57,651 nucleotides of DNA, filler included, from Piptocephalis cylindrospora (GCA_003614145.1; 5 parts of 5 records of this genome joined end to end with filler, not necessarily neighbours in it), one strand, 5' to 3'. Shown: positions 41,903 to 53,970, counted from the first letter of the whole stretch. Numbers and translations are program-made. Notes: generated by a model from the sequence alone, not told the origin.

Positions 41903-42894
41903 AGACGAAAACTTGTTGGTCCTCCTTGGTTCACTATCCTAATCAAGGGAAACCGTTCAAGGAGGAGAAAGGGACAGTTTGTTGTTTTCCTTTCTCGAAT
42001 ATAAGCGATGTTCCTTCCTCCCTCCCTGACCATTGATATCACTCCTTCTGTAAACAGCACGGACGATCCCCCCCCTCCCGTCTTCAAGGGAAGAACGTTC
42101 TTTTCGATCTCATCCATGCGTCTGGTAAGGGTGAAGACCCCGCAAAGCATACCCCTTCCTCCTCCCTGCCTTTCTATAGATTCCCTCTATTTCCCATGGA
42201 TAGCCCCACCCCCCCTCTCCCCCTCCCTCTCCTATACCGAGAGACGATGGATGATCATCACTCTGTCGTGGAGAAACAGAGCTCCCTTCCCCGCCGACGG
42301 GCGGAAGGACGAGAGAGACACTTTAAAAGCCATCCTCCAGTGGTTCTATTATTTTCTCCGTCGTTATTATTTATTCTCAGCGTGTGAAGCACCCTCTTTC
42401 CCCCAATCAGAGGGACGTATGAGGTTTTATGCATGACTCTTAAAACCTTTGCTCATCTCTCCTGATTGACTCAGTCTCTCCTACCCGTTTCCTCAGTGTA
42501 TGGTATCTATAGGTGCGGGTGTGCCTTCCCCGCCTTGCCTCTTCGGTCTCGTCCAATTGGCCAAGGTCGGCCCCACACACGGTCTGTTCATCCGTGTAAT
42601 GGCTACTGTGACCTCTGAACCGACCTAGTGCTCCTATCCCCACATTGGTCCTTGGTCAGGCGAGTGTGGACGGACCGGTGTGAGAGTTTCCCCAGACCCG
42701 AGTCGTCCCCGCACACCTGCACTCACTTTCATAATGGGAGGGATGGACATGGTGCACAATGTGTGTGTATCCAGAGCTGGTAAGAGCTAGGATGAGGAAA
42801 CTGGGCAGTTTCGCTCACGTCTTCCCCTGACTAGGAAAGGAATGGTGTGGGCGGTGCGATCATACACAGTCGTTGGGAGGGGATAGAGGACAAG

Positions 42895-42902
42895 TATAAA
42901 AG
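42895..42902 (+). promoter_or_regulatory. Putative TATA box of the carnitine acetyltransferase gene
   Basis: TATAAAAG followed by a long pyrimidine-rich leader ending at ATG 43164. Confidence 0.4.
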
Positions 42903-43163
42903 GCAAGAGGGTTCCTGTCACCTGAGAAACCCATTTCTACACTCCCTGCCCCTCACTGTGACCTTAACTCCCTCACTCCCCTCTTCCCCCCTCCCCCTTC
43001 CTCTCTTCTTTCCCTTTTCCTGTCTATTCCCTTTTGCTCCTCTTCCCGTCTGCGCATCATTCCCTTCCGCCTTGTCCACAAGTTCCTCCATCAACGTGTC
43101 TTATACCACCATTCCCAAACTCTGTCAAGTCTTCCTCCCCCCCGCCAAATACTCCTTTAAACA

Positions 43164-45395
43164 ATGAACCAGCCCGATATGGAGCCTTCCGCTTGTCTTC
43201 CGGCTCCTCTCCCCATGGACGTGGGTGCCGACCAGCTTCCCCCTCTCCCCGTCCCTGACCTCCAGGACACTTTGGACACCTACCTCGAGACCGTGAGGCC
43301 CCTTCTCCAGTCCTCCCAAGACTTTGACTACGAACATACTAAACGTATTGTCCAGGCTTTTGCTGAAAATGAAGGCCCAAGACTCCAGGAAGCCCTGGAG
43401 CGTAGAGCTACCGACATGTACGCCCAGGGTAGTAGCTGGCTTCTAGACTGGTGGAACGAGTGGGCTTACGATGGAGGTCGGGCTAGCGTCTGCTTTGCCG
43501 TCAACTACTGCTTTGGCTACCGTAAGGACACTCGGAATCCCAGCCAGCTTCAAAGGGCCACCCTCCTCACCTCGGCTCTTCTCCAGTTTCGGGAGAAGAT
43601 CAAGGACCGCACCCTCCCTGCAGATACCATCCGTGGGGGAAAGGCCATGTGCATGAAGCAGTTTGAAACCCTCTTCCACGGCATGAAGCTTCCCGGTGAG
43701 ACTTCCGATACCACCGTCACCCATCATATCCACGGAAATAGCCACTTTGTCGTCTCTTGCAATGGCCATTGGTACGAGCTACCCATCTACCAAAACTCAT
43801 CTTCCCCCCAGCAGGAGGATATGGTGGGGAACCAACATCCCGTTCTTTCCGCTCACCAAATCCAGCATCTCCTTGCTCGCGTCATGGAGGATGCGAAATC
43901 CCGTAAGGACCCTGGCCCCAACATTGGCGCACTGACCTCCCAGGACCGTGATACCTGGTTTACCGATTACTACGATCGCCTTCTCCCCCTTCCAGGCAAT
44001 GCAGAGACCATGGAGCGTCTCGAGACCGCTGCCTTCCTCCTTTCCCTAGATCCAGCTACCCCAGAGACCCGTGAGGAGATGTCTCGGGCTTGCTGGCACG
44101 GCGTCCATCCCCGTGATCGGTACTTTGACAAATGCTTTCAGCTCCTCGTCTTCGCCAATGGTCAGGCCGGCTTTAATGGTGAGCATTCCCGGGCCGATGG
44201 TACCTCCACCGCCCGAATGTCTCGGGACATTGTTCTGGATTCCGAGGCCATGGATCTGATCTCCGAAGAGGAGGACGTCCCCCCCTCACCCTCCTCACAC
44301 TCCTCCTCCTCTTCCTCCTCATCCCTCCAACCTACTTATCTACCTATCCAGGTGGATGATCGTCTGAACCGTGCCATTGACCGAGCCATGGCTTACTGGA
44401 GATCCGAGGTGAAGGACCATGACATTTGGGTACTTCGGTACAAGGGTTACGGCAAGGGGCTGATGAAGCAATTCAAGGTATCCCCCGATGCCTTTGTTCA
44501 AATGGCCCTTCAACTTGCCTACTACCGCATGTACGGGGTGTGTCGTGCCACTTACGAGAGCGCCGCCACCCGCAAGTTCCGTGCCGGTCGTACCGAGACC
44601 TGCAGGAGCGTAAGCGAGGAGAGTTTGACGTGGGTTGAGTCCATGGCCGATGGCTCGGGCGTCGGGTGGGCCGAAAAGGAAAGGCTTCTTCGTCGGGCTA
44701 TCGGTGTCCACAGCAAACGTACTGCCAAGGCTGTGGATGGCCATGGTGTGGATCGTCACCTCCTCGGTCTTCGTCTCATCGCCTCTACCCTTTCCTCCAA
44801 GTCCGGAGAGGACGATTTGATGAGTGAGGAGCAAACCCCCTCCCCCTCTCTCCCAGCCATCTTCACTGACCCTGCCTTCTCCCAGTCCTCCCACTGGTAT
44901 ATCTCCACCTCCCAGATCGCCGAGCCCTGCATTCGTACCTATGCTTGGGGTGAGGTAGTCCCCGAGGGCTACGGATGTGCCTACATGATCGATGAGGACG
45001 CGGTTCAGGTCAACATCTGCAGTCGGTCCCGGAGCAGTGGACAGCTAGGTCGATGGATCGAAATTGCCCTAATCGACATGCGCCGTGTCATGGAGGAAGG
45101 GGCAAAGGCCCAGGAGGAGAGTCTCAAGGCCATTCCCTCCGCCTCTATTGGCCAGGATGGTCGTTCCCTTTCATCTCCCCTTACCAAGGACGCTCGTTTG
45201 CCCCGGCTCCGCCATCTCTCCTCCAACCCTACCCTCGACACCGTCGGTCTTTCCACCATGTCTGTCGACATGGATGCTTTTGGCGGGCCTGCTGCCAGCA
45301 AATCCCCTCAAAGGTCTTCCACGAATGTGTCTGAGGAATCTCAGGGCGGTCCTCTCTCCGTCCCCTCCACCACTCCCACTTGTCGACTTTACTAA
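43164..45395 (+). CDS. Carnitine O-acetyltransferase (choline/carnitine acyltransferase family, Cat2/Yat1-like)
   Basis: LPPLPVPDLQDTLDTYL, WLLDWWNEWAY, DRYFDK, GFNGEHSRADG (catalytic His), SPDAFVQMALQLAYY, TYESAATRKFRAGRTET, GVDRHLLGL, ISTSQ, VVPEGYGCAY. Intronless. Confidence 0.95.
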   Translation: MNQPDMEPSACLPAPLPMDVGADQLPPLPVPDLQDTLDTYLETVRPLLQSSQDFDYEHTKRIVQAFAENEGPRLQEALERRATDMYAQGSSWLLDWWNEWAYDGGRASVCFAVNYCFGYRKDTRNPSQLQRATLLTSALLQFREKIKDRTLPADTIRGGKAMCMKQFETLFHGMKLPGETSDTTVTHHIHGNSHFVVSCNGHWYELPIYQNSSSPQQEDMVGNQHPVLSAHQIQHLLARVMEDAKSRKDPGPNIGALTSQDRDTWFTDYYDRLLPLPGNAETMERLETAAFLLSLDPATPETREEMSRACWHGVHPRDRYFDKCFQLLVFANGQAGFNGEHSRADGTSTARMSRDIVLDSEAMDLISEEEDVPPSPSSHSSSSSSSSLQPTYLPIQVDDRLNRAIDRAMAYWRSEVKDHDIWVLRYKGYGKGLMKQFKVSPDAFVQMALQLAYYRMYGVCRATYESAATRKFRAGRTETCRSVSEESLTWVESMADGSGVGWAEKERLLRRAIGVHSKRTAKAVDGHGVDRHLLGLRLIASTLSSKSGEDDLMSEEQTPSPSLPAIFTDPAFSQSSHWYISTSQIAEPCIRTYAWGEVVPEGYGCAYMIDEDAVQVNICSRSRSSGQLGRWIEIALIDMRRVMEEGAKAQEESLKAIPSASIGQDGRSLSSPLTKDARLPRLRHLSSNPTLDTVGLSTMSVDMDAFGGPAASKSPQRSSTNVSEESQGGPLSVPSTTPTCRLY

Positions 45396-46205
45396 AGGAT
45401 GTATGTCAAAGTGTGTGTTTGGTGACCACTTGTGTCCCCCCCCTAAAAATGCATTTATTTTGTTTTTATCATCATGATTGTAACCGTCCCCTTTTGGCTT
45501 AAGAATAAGAGCCCCTATCTCTTCAGCACTACTAGGCTCACTAGCCCTGTCTTTTTTGTAAGTGAAACCCCGTGTTTTTTGGAGAAGCAGCAGTATCCAA
45601 GGGGTCTTTGGATATTGAAAAGCTCTCTCTCCTCTCAGTATCCCTGATCTGTCTAATAAGTGCTGATGTTTGTTGCAAGCCATCCCCAGCTCCGCCTATA
45701 TGTGTGAGAGAGAGGAAAACCAGGCACATCCGTCAATGATGCACACTTCCTTGAGAATACTGGGAACCAATGAGGTGGTACATACTCCCAAAATTTTAAC
45801 GGAAAGCAAGAAGAGCGGTAATAGAGTGTACTTTCGGTATTTTCTTTTGTCTTTGATCTTCCAATCTCCACCCTTCCTAGCTATCTTCACTACGCTCAAG
45901 CCATTCAAGGCTTCCTTGCAAAGAGACATACACACACGCCTACACATCTTCATATTCTCCAGAAGAGATTGCTCTTCCGATGTGCAAGCATTAATTCTCT
46001 GACAGCGTACACCAGACTTCTGGCCAGTATCTGCTCGTTGCTCCATGCGGATGTCGCGTACCCATCTGCTGAAACATCCCCCAGTCAATTTGACATATCG
46101 GCTATGCGGATGCGGTAAGCGGAGGAGGCATAGTACAGATCACTTGCCAAGAGTCAATGAATCGATTAAAGAAAGACCTTTTTCACCGCCAAAAAGTATC
46201 ATCAG

Positions 46206-46305
46206 NNNNNNNNNNNNNNNNNNNNNNNNNNNNNNNNNNNNNNNNNNNNTTAATTAATTAANNNNNNNNNNNNNNNNNNNNNNNNNNNNNNNNNNNNNNN
46301 NNNNN
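46206..46305. other. Artificial contig-joining linker
   Basis: N44-TTAATTAATTAA-N44. Confidence 0.99.
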
Positions 46306-46360
46306 CTCTCCTCATCCTCACCCCCTCTACACTTAGTAATGCTTCGTCTTGCCTCCCGCA
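46306..46360. repeat. 55-bp perfect inverted copy of 47750-47804 at the contig end, probably an amplification chimera
   Basis: ctctcctcatcctcaccccctctacacttagtaatgcttcgtcttgcctcccgca is the exact reverse complement of 47750-47804, the MSS116 start region. Confidence 0.9.
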
Positions 46361-47771
46361 GGAACCCAGACTCAAAGTCTGCCAGGACCGTCATGGCCTG
46401 ACCGTCGGCTCCAGCACGCCCGGTCCGGCCAATCCGATGAATGTACTGATCCCGAGAGGGGGGAAGGCCGACATTGAGGACAAGGGTAACCCCAGGATAA
46501 TCGACGCCACGACCAGATACATCTGAGGTAAAAAGGACAGCAGCACCTCGGTCCTCACGGAACCGTTTAGCCACCCGTTCTCTAGCTCGCTGCTCCTTAC
46601 GTGAGTGGAGTTCATAGTGTCGAAGGCCCATGGCGCCAAAGAGCGAAGCATACAACTGGGTCATGCGAGTAGTGGGACAAAAGATAATGATCTTCCCTCC
46701 ACCGGGCGTGGTCCTTTGATGCTGGGCAATGATGTGCCGGACCAGCAGAGGCTGCTGGTCTAGCGTGGCTACCACATACCTCTGTTTAATGTGTTCGGGG
46801 ACATTTCGCTCGTTGGGATCGACACAATCAATAAAAGTATGATTGGGGCGCAGGGCAAAGGCAGCGACTTGTCGGATCTGAGAGGAGACTGTGGCAGAGA
46901 AAAGGAGGGTTCGGTGGGCAGTGGCTGCATCCTTAGAGAGGTGGGTATCCAATAAGGATGATTTGGACTTGCGGGAGCCTGAAAGAATATCCAAAATATC
47001 CTGGATGGGTTCACGGAACCCCATCTCTAGTAGGGTATCAGCCTCATCCAAAATACGCACTTTTACGGACTTCATGGATTCGAGAACCTCAGGTTCCCCA
47101 AGGAGGTCCATGAGGCGTCCGGGTGTGGCAACGACAATGTTATTCCGGTACTGGCGGATCCGGGAAAGGTTATTCCTCCGACTCTCCCCACCCACGAAGC
47201 AAGCCACGCCCCACCGAAGATGCCGGGTGAGCTTCTCGGCCTCCACGGCAATCTGCTTAGCCAGCTCCCGGGTCGGGGAGATGATAAGGATCGAGGGGGT
47301 ACGGGCGGATCGAATGGCACCTTCACCTTGCTTCCCAAGGTCTCTCAGTACTGTGTCGAGGGCAGGGAGAAGAAAAGCCAAGGTCTTGCCAGTGCCGGTC
47401 TTAGCCTTCACAAAAAGATCTTCGTCAGAGGCAAGAGTAGCACATACTGATCGCTGCACAGGAGAAAGGTTCTCGTACTTGAAATCACCGGTCAAAGCAT
47501 TGATGATCTCGGGGCGAAGTGAAGTAAGTTCGTCAAAACGCTCAGGCAGGTTGGCCTGCTCTGAACTAGAGGGAATAGGGGAAGCTGAGGTCGAGTAGAA
47601 GGTTGAGGTGTACGTCGAGACCAGAGACTGACGGGTGGGATAGGAGGTCAGGGAGGCGAGGACGGACCGAGTGGGGATGGTCGCGCGAGTACTGGCCCGG
47701 AACAGGACAGAGGGAACAGCAAGGGACTTGGCTAGGCCTGAGCCTAACGTGCGGGAGGCAAGACGAAGCAT
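46361..47771 (-). CDS. MSS116: Mitochondrial DEAD-box RNA helicase Mss116-like, C-terminus lost at the chimeric contig end
   Basis: Presequence MLRLASRTLGSGLAKSL...; [78 protein letters not shown]. Confidence 0.85.
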
Positions 47772-48487
47772 TACTAAGTGTAGAGGGGGTGAGGATGAGG
47801 AGAGGAGAAGGGAGGAAGACGAGACAGAGGACGCGGAACATGAGCTCGATCTGCCCGAATATTATCTTTATCCTCGGGTGCTCACTCTACCACCAATTGG
47901 AGAAAAAAAAAGTATGGTCCTCTACGCATACATGGGCGAGACTGGCCTAAACCCAGAGGGTGCCGAGGTTCCTGTATTGTGCGCGCCTGTGCTTGATTGA
48001 TAGGGGGACTAAGAGGATGGGTTTGCCACTGCCGAAGCCTTTGGATGCGCGCGCCGCTTTACACTACACCAAGCCTTCCAGGGAAGAAGGGACAGTAGCT
48101 ACTGGCCCAGCCTGTGGCTATTGCCCATGGCCGGGTGGTTACGGAAGGTGAAAAAATTAACCAATTTTGACGAGGAAAATCATAACGTAAAAGGGGACAT
48201 TCTCGAAACTTAGAGGAAAAGGGTGTTTTTCGACATTTATCATTCGTCTGGCCATCGCTGTTTACTACTACTATCGTTCGTCTGGCCTCTCTCTCTCTCT
48301 CCTCCCTCTTTCTCTTACCCCAATCTCCGACAAAACTTCTATTTGATTGGCTTTAAAGCTATACCCCACCTCTTCAAAAAAGCGCCTTCCCTGGTAAATT
48401 CTGATCATTATGAAGAAAACCAAACCTTTTAGGATTCAATCCTATGCTTAAGCCAATGCTGGGGTCGCTGCTCTTCATCAACCCATC

Positions 48488-49249
48488 ATGCCCCCGAACA
48501 AACTTACTTCCTTTCCCACCTCCACCTACTTTGAAGGATTTGTAAATGGAGTAGCCTTTGATTTTGGTCATATTGAGGACGCCTTGATGCAATGGTCAAA
48601 GGCCTTGACATCCTTTTTCATGAAGGATGTGACCATGCGCAAGATTAAACCTCCAAAAAGGATCATTATCTTGTCTTTCAGCTCCCGGGAAAAGGCAGAT
48701 GAGATCCTTCGTCAAACGTTTTACCTTGAAGGAACCCCTGTACCCCTGGAAAAGGTCATTCAGTGGGGAGCTCCGGTTTTACCTGTGCATCTCCGTGACT
48801 TGCCAGGGGGTAATTTGGATTCGCTTCAGGATAAGATTGTTGGTATCTTAGAACCCATTGGGCACATCATCTATTTCCAATTTAATCGTTGTGATTCGGA
48901 TCCCAATACCTTTGAAGCTTCTGCCATACTTTTATTTGATATTTCTGATCAAGTGGATCTTCCTTCCAAGCTTCCTCCATATATTGAGGTTATGGGAGCT
49001 AAGGTACGTCTTGGCTGGCGTGATGCCCCAAAGGTATGTTTCAAGTGTGGCAAATCGGGACATATCAGTCGTCAATGTTCTTCATTTCAAATCTTATCTA
49101 ATGTTGGGAATTCCTCATTATCATCTTCTTCATCCCCTAGGATGACTTTGACCAAGAATAGAATAACCATTGAAAGGAGAACGATGGAGAAATGGAATGA
49201 GAAGATAGGAGAAATCGAAAGATCCATGGAAAAAGCAGTTATATTGTGA
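48488..49249 (+). mobile_element. Solitary non-LTR retrotransposon ORF1 (gag-like) gene with a CCHC zinc knuckle; no ORF2 nearby
   Basis: 253-aa intronless AT-rich ORF. IILSFSSREKADEIL...PVHLRDLP...LEPIGHII...LPPYIEVMGAKVRLGWRDAPKVCFKCGKSGHISRQC gives the RRM-like segments plus CX2CX4HX4C layout of L1/Tx1-type ORF1. Confidence 0.7.
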
Positions 49250-49451
49250 GGAAAGCTTCTGAATCTTTTTGAGATGAGTCTGTAAAGACTTTTAGAAACA
49301 ATGGAGTATTGTAATTTTCCCAAATACATTTCGCTGTTTACTGCTACCTTGGAGAAGCATGACCAATGGATGAAGGTAAAATACCATCTATTGAACTGGG
49401 CTCCAATCGGCAGTGGGTTAAGTTGTTGTCGAAACCATTTTATTTTCCCTA

Positions 49452-49654
49452 GTGGGGTAGGCGCTAAAGGCATCCGAACATATAACCCACCTCATTCGGC
49501 CGGCCTGCGTGGTACCAGAAACAATGTTCCCGATGTAATAGGTTAAGAATGTATGATTTATCCGCAGCACTATTGCCTAAAGATGGTGATTTTTAACTAT
49601 AGTACAAAATAAACTAGGTCAAGACATGTTCGGATGCCCTTTAGGCAGCCCCAC
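49452..49654. repeat. About 200-bp element bounded by about 30-bp imperfect inverted repeats (MITE-like or long hairpin)
   Basis: Left arm gtggggtaggcgctaaaggcatccgaacat (49452-49481). The right arm 49626-49654 reverse-complements to gtggggctgcctaaagggcatccgaacat. Perfect 13-bp core; no clear target-site duplication. Confidence 0.6.
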
Positions 49655-50076
49655 ACGAGATAATAAAATCTGGGTTTATCATCGAATATGTTCTTTAAGA
49701 GGGAAATGAAAGCGAAAAAGGATCAGAAATATCACCCGGCCATCTTTTATTTGGATACGTTCCCTATTGCCGCCATCACCGTTTGCTCGTATGAGGAGTG
49801 CATTATCGGACCAAGGACTAAACGATGATCGGCTCCATTCGTTTGTATCGTAGGTCAATGATCAACTATTTTTACCATGGAGCATCTCCTATGCGTCCTA
49901 ATCATAAAGGTATTCCCAGGGACTAAGATGGCGATCTTAAAAACGCCAGCTTATTCATTTCCTCCGATTATTAATGCAATAGCCAGTGCTTGTAGTTTAG
50001 TGGAGACCCAATTCAAAATGCCCTTCTTCCTCATCTCTGGTACTGGCACAACTTTTGCCACATAGTACGTGTGTGT

Positions 50077-50114
50077 GCGCGCGTTTAGCGAAAGGGGGGC
50101 GCGAAAAAACGCGT
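50077..50114 (+). promoter_or_regulatory. Cluster of candidate G1/S elements upstream of MCM2: GCGCGAAA (E2F/SCB-type, 50099-50106) and ACGCGT (MCB, 50109-50114)
   Basis: gcgcgcgtttagcgaaaggggggcgcgaaaaaacgcgt, about 130-165 bp upstream of ATG 50243. Confidence 0.6.
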
Positions 50115-50242
50115 CGCCTGACACGTCAACACTGGCTTAGGGGAGGAGATAAATACCTTGCGCGGCTCCAAGCACAACTCCGCCTCGCTCTAGCCATCTT
50201 CACTCCCCCTCCCCTCCTTCTCCATTCCCCTTGCTCAGCGCC

Positions 50243-53200
50243 ATGTCGGACAGGAAGCGTACCCGTGACTCCAACCTCGATCAACCCCCACCCTCCTCGA
50301 GGCCCTCCTCCCCAGACCATGCTTCACCCGAGGCCGGGCAAGGTCCCTTCCAAACGGATGACCCCTTTCCCGAGGTAGCTGGCGACGAATTAGACCTTGA
50401 ACCTGCAGCAGGAGCTGGGGGTAGCCAAGCCCTTCCCTCTTCCATTCCGGCCTCTGACCTTTTCCTCCGGATGGAGGATGAAGATGTGGAGAGCTTTCGT
50501 GAGGAAGGGGAGGGAGAGGACCTGATCGGGGATGGGATGGAGCGGGACTATCGCCCGCATGATATCCTGGATCACTACGAGTCCGACGGAGTGGACGACG
50601 CCATGATAGATGACGGAGGTATGGATTTTACGGCTCGTCGTGCCGCAGAGGCTCGTATGGCCTATCGTGACGCCGAGGAGCGTCGACTCAACGGGGAGAG
50701 CCGTATGCCTGGGGCCTTTATGGACCTAGATGAAGACGAGGGGGATGGTCTAGCTGCTGGAGAAGATCCATTTACCATCCGACATCGTCGTCGTCGTCAG
50801 GGAAAGAAGGGCACGAAACGCGGTGGTTTCTCCGGTCACTTGGACATCTTTGGCGGCGGGATCCTCGATGGGCAGGATGGAGCGGACGGGGAGCAGGAGG
50901 AGGTGCGTCGGTTCCCTGTGGAGGCTCTTCGGGACATCAAGGCCTCTTCCGTAGCCGAATGGGTTAGTATGGCCGGGCCCCGTGCGGCCATTGCCGATGA
51001 ATTCCGTGGGTTCCTCCAATCCTACACTATTGACGGAAGATCCATCTATGGTGGAAGGATCCAAAGACTGGGCGAGGACAATGGAGAGTCATTGGAGGTG
51101 GATTACCGTCATCTCTTGGAAAGTAAGCCTATCATCGCCTCCTTCCTCCTCGAGGCCCCAGCCCAAGTCCTGCCCATCCTTGATACTTGCGCTTACGAAG
51201 TTATCCTGCGCATGTGGTCTAATTACAGCTCCATTCACCAGGCTGTCCGTGTCCGCATCGCTCACCTTCCCGTCTCGGTACCCCTTCGTGAGCTTCGGAG
51301 ATCCCATCTCAACCGCTTAATCCGAGTCAGTGGTGTCGTCACCCGTCGTACTGGTGTCTTTCCCCAGCTGCGCTACGTAACCTTTGAGTGCGGCCGATGT
51401 GGCGATACCATCGGACCCTTCCATCAAGATGAGCATCAGGAACTCAAGATCGGAGCATGCCCTCGGTGTGAACATCGTGGCCCCTTCTCTATTGTTGCAG
51501 AAAAGGTACGCATGGAGGAGGAAGAGTATTTCTCGAAGGGGTAAATGCTTCTCTGTTCCTTTTTATCCTTGTTACTCATCCCTCTCCTCTAGACTGTCTA
51601 CAGTAACTACCAAAAACTCACACTTCAGGAATCTCCTGGGTCTGTCCCCCCAGGCCGTCTCCCAAGGCATCGGGAGGTTATCTTGACTGCAGACCTCGTG
51701 GATCATGCCAAGCCTGGGGAAGAGGTGGAAGTCACCGGCGTGTATCGGAACAATTATGATGCAACCCTCAATGCCCGTCAGGGCTTCCCTGTCTTTGCCA
51801 CTGTCATCGAGGCCAACTCTGTTAGGACCCATCGGGCCAGCGAGGATATAGAGGGAGGGGGGATGGATGGGGCGAGAGAGGAAGGTGACAGAGGTTACCT
51901 GTCCGAGGAAGATATTCGTCAGATACGCTCCCTTTCTCGGGACCCTCGAATTTTTGAGCGAATTGTTCAGAGTATTGCCCCGTCGATCTATGGTCATGAC
52001 GATATCAAGACAGCCATCGCCTTGGCTCTCTTTGGAGGCGTACCCAAGGACGTCCAGGGGAAGCACCGGCTACGTGGAGACATCAACGTTCTCCTTCTCG
52101 GAGATCCAGGAACTGCCAAGTCTCAATTCCTCAAGTATGCTGAGAAGACCGCCCATCGTGCTGTCTTCACAACAGGCCAAGGAGCCTCGGCCGTCGGTCT
52201 CACCGCTTCTGTGCGCAAGGACCCGGTGACCCGGGAGTGGACCCTCGAGGGAGGAGCCCTGGTTCTGGCGGATCGTGGGGTATGTTGCATTGATGAATTT
52301 GACAAGATGAATGATGCGGACCGAACCTCTATCCATGAGGCTATGGAGCAGCAATCCATCTCGGTGAGTAAGGCTGGGATCGTCACTTCCCTGCAGGCCC
52401 GATGTGCTGTCATTGCTGCGGCCAATCCCATCCGGGGCCGGTACAATGCCTCGGTGCCCTTTGGCATGAATGTCGAGCTCACCGAGCCTATTCTTTCCCG
52501 GTTTGATATCTTGTGCGTAGTGCGAGATACGGTGGACGCGGTGGGAGATGAGCTCTTGGCTAAATTTGTTGTGGATTCTCATGTCCAGAGTCATCCTCAT
52601 GGCCCCCTGGATGGGGAAAGGAAGGATGTACGGATGGAGCCTAGGGAGGGAGAGGAGGAGGAAGGAGCAGTCTCATCCCAGGTCACTCCCGTGGACCAGG
52701 CACTTCTACGCAAGTACATTCATTATGCCCGGGAGCGCATTTATCCCAAGTTTGGCTCGACCGATCAACAGGATAAGGTAGCGACCCTGTACGCCGATCT
52801 TCGACGGGAGTCCTTGACCGGGGGCTCCATTCCAATCACAGTGCGGCATGTGGAAAGTATGATCCGGATGGCCGAGGCACGTGCCCGAATGCACCTTCGG
52901 GAACGGGTGCGTGGCGATGATCTGGATGTGGCAATCCGAGTGATGCTCGAATCATTCATCGGGGCCCAGAAGCACAGTGTGATGCGTACTCTCCGCCGGG
53001 CCTTTGCTCGGTACGTGGAGGGACCGGCGGATCATGAGGAGCTCCTCCTTCACCATCTTCGTCGCCTCGTCCACGACCAGGTCCGATACTTTGCCCTGAC
53101 GAGCCGTGGTAATGGTACGGGGCTTGTGGATGTAACCGGATCGGGAACTCGGGTACCTGATGAAGTGAGAATCCCCTTGGAAATGCTGAGAACTCGAGTG

Positions 53201-53329
53201 GCCGAAGGAACAGCCCGGTACGTCAGGCCCTTTACATCCTCCAGAGTATTCCGGGAGAATGGCTTTACCCTTGAGGATGCTGGTCAAGTCATTGTCAAGC
53301 GGATGGCTGGGGCCGTCGAGGGATCTTGA
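50243..53329 (+). CDS. MCM2: DNA replication licensing factor Mcm2
   Basis: Exons 50243-51505 and 51593-53329. Histone-binding region [14 protein letters not shown]...[25 protein letters not shown]4 zinc finger, [54 protein letters not shown]. Confidence 0.98.
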
Positions 53330-53970
53330 GCAGATCTCCCTGTTCCATGGAGAGTGGTTATGTGAAGGTTCTACGGGATGGAGAGTGAATATATGTCGTG
53401 TCATGTCGTGTCATGCTTCTATCTGCGATGTGAATTGGATCAGTTAATGATGTGAGTGTGTTCCAGGGCTTATAGATCGCCATCTGCGTATATTTGACCC
53501 CATTATTCAACGGCGTGGATCTAAAGAGAAGGCGGGGTGAGGCGGCGAAGGAGAGGCCAACATCGCTATTTAGAGTACCCGCAAAGATATCTCTAGATTT
53601 GGTAGGCTACCATAAGAAGTATAAAGAGCAAGTGTGGCGTTGCTTTTAACATTGAATATATTTTACGTTCATTGTATATATTATAGATCATCCCATTTGA
53701 TACTGCAGGGAAACACGGTCCCATTTGATGTGTCTAAAACGCTTTAAAAAATATAGTATGAATTTAGCATGCTCTCCCGAATCCGCAAGCACTTTTCTAC
53801 GTATGCTTTTGGCATTGGTCGTTTCGACTTTTAATACGTATACGCTTTTGTGGAGCATTGTACTCCACTCCACACAGCATATATCCAACCTGATGTTATT
53901 AGAATAGCACAAGCGTTAATCAAGAGCATATACGATTCATTTAGCGGTCCATAGCGCGACGAATTGAATA

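Noticed and set aside
45381..45395. Peroxisomal PTS1-like CRL near the carnitine acetyltransferase C-terminus
   Set aside because: It is followed by Tyr before the stop, so it is not terminal, and no mechanism to expose it is evident.
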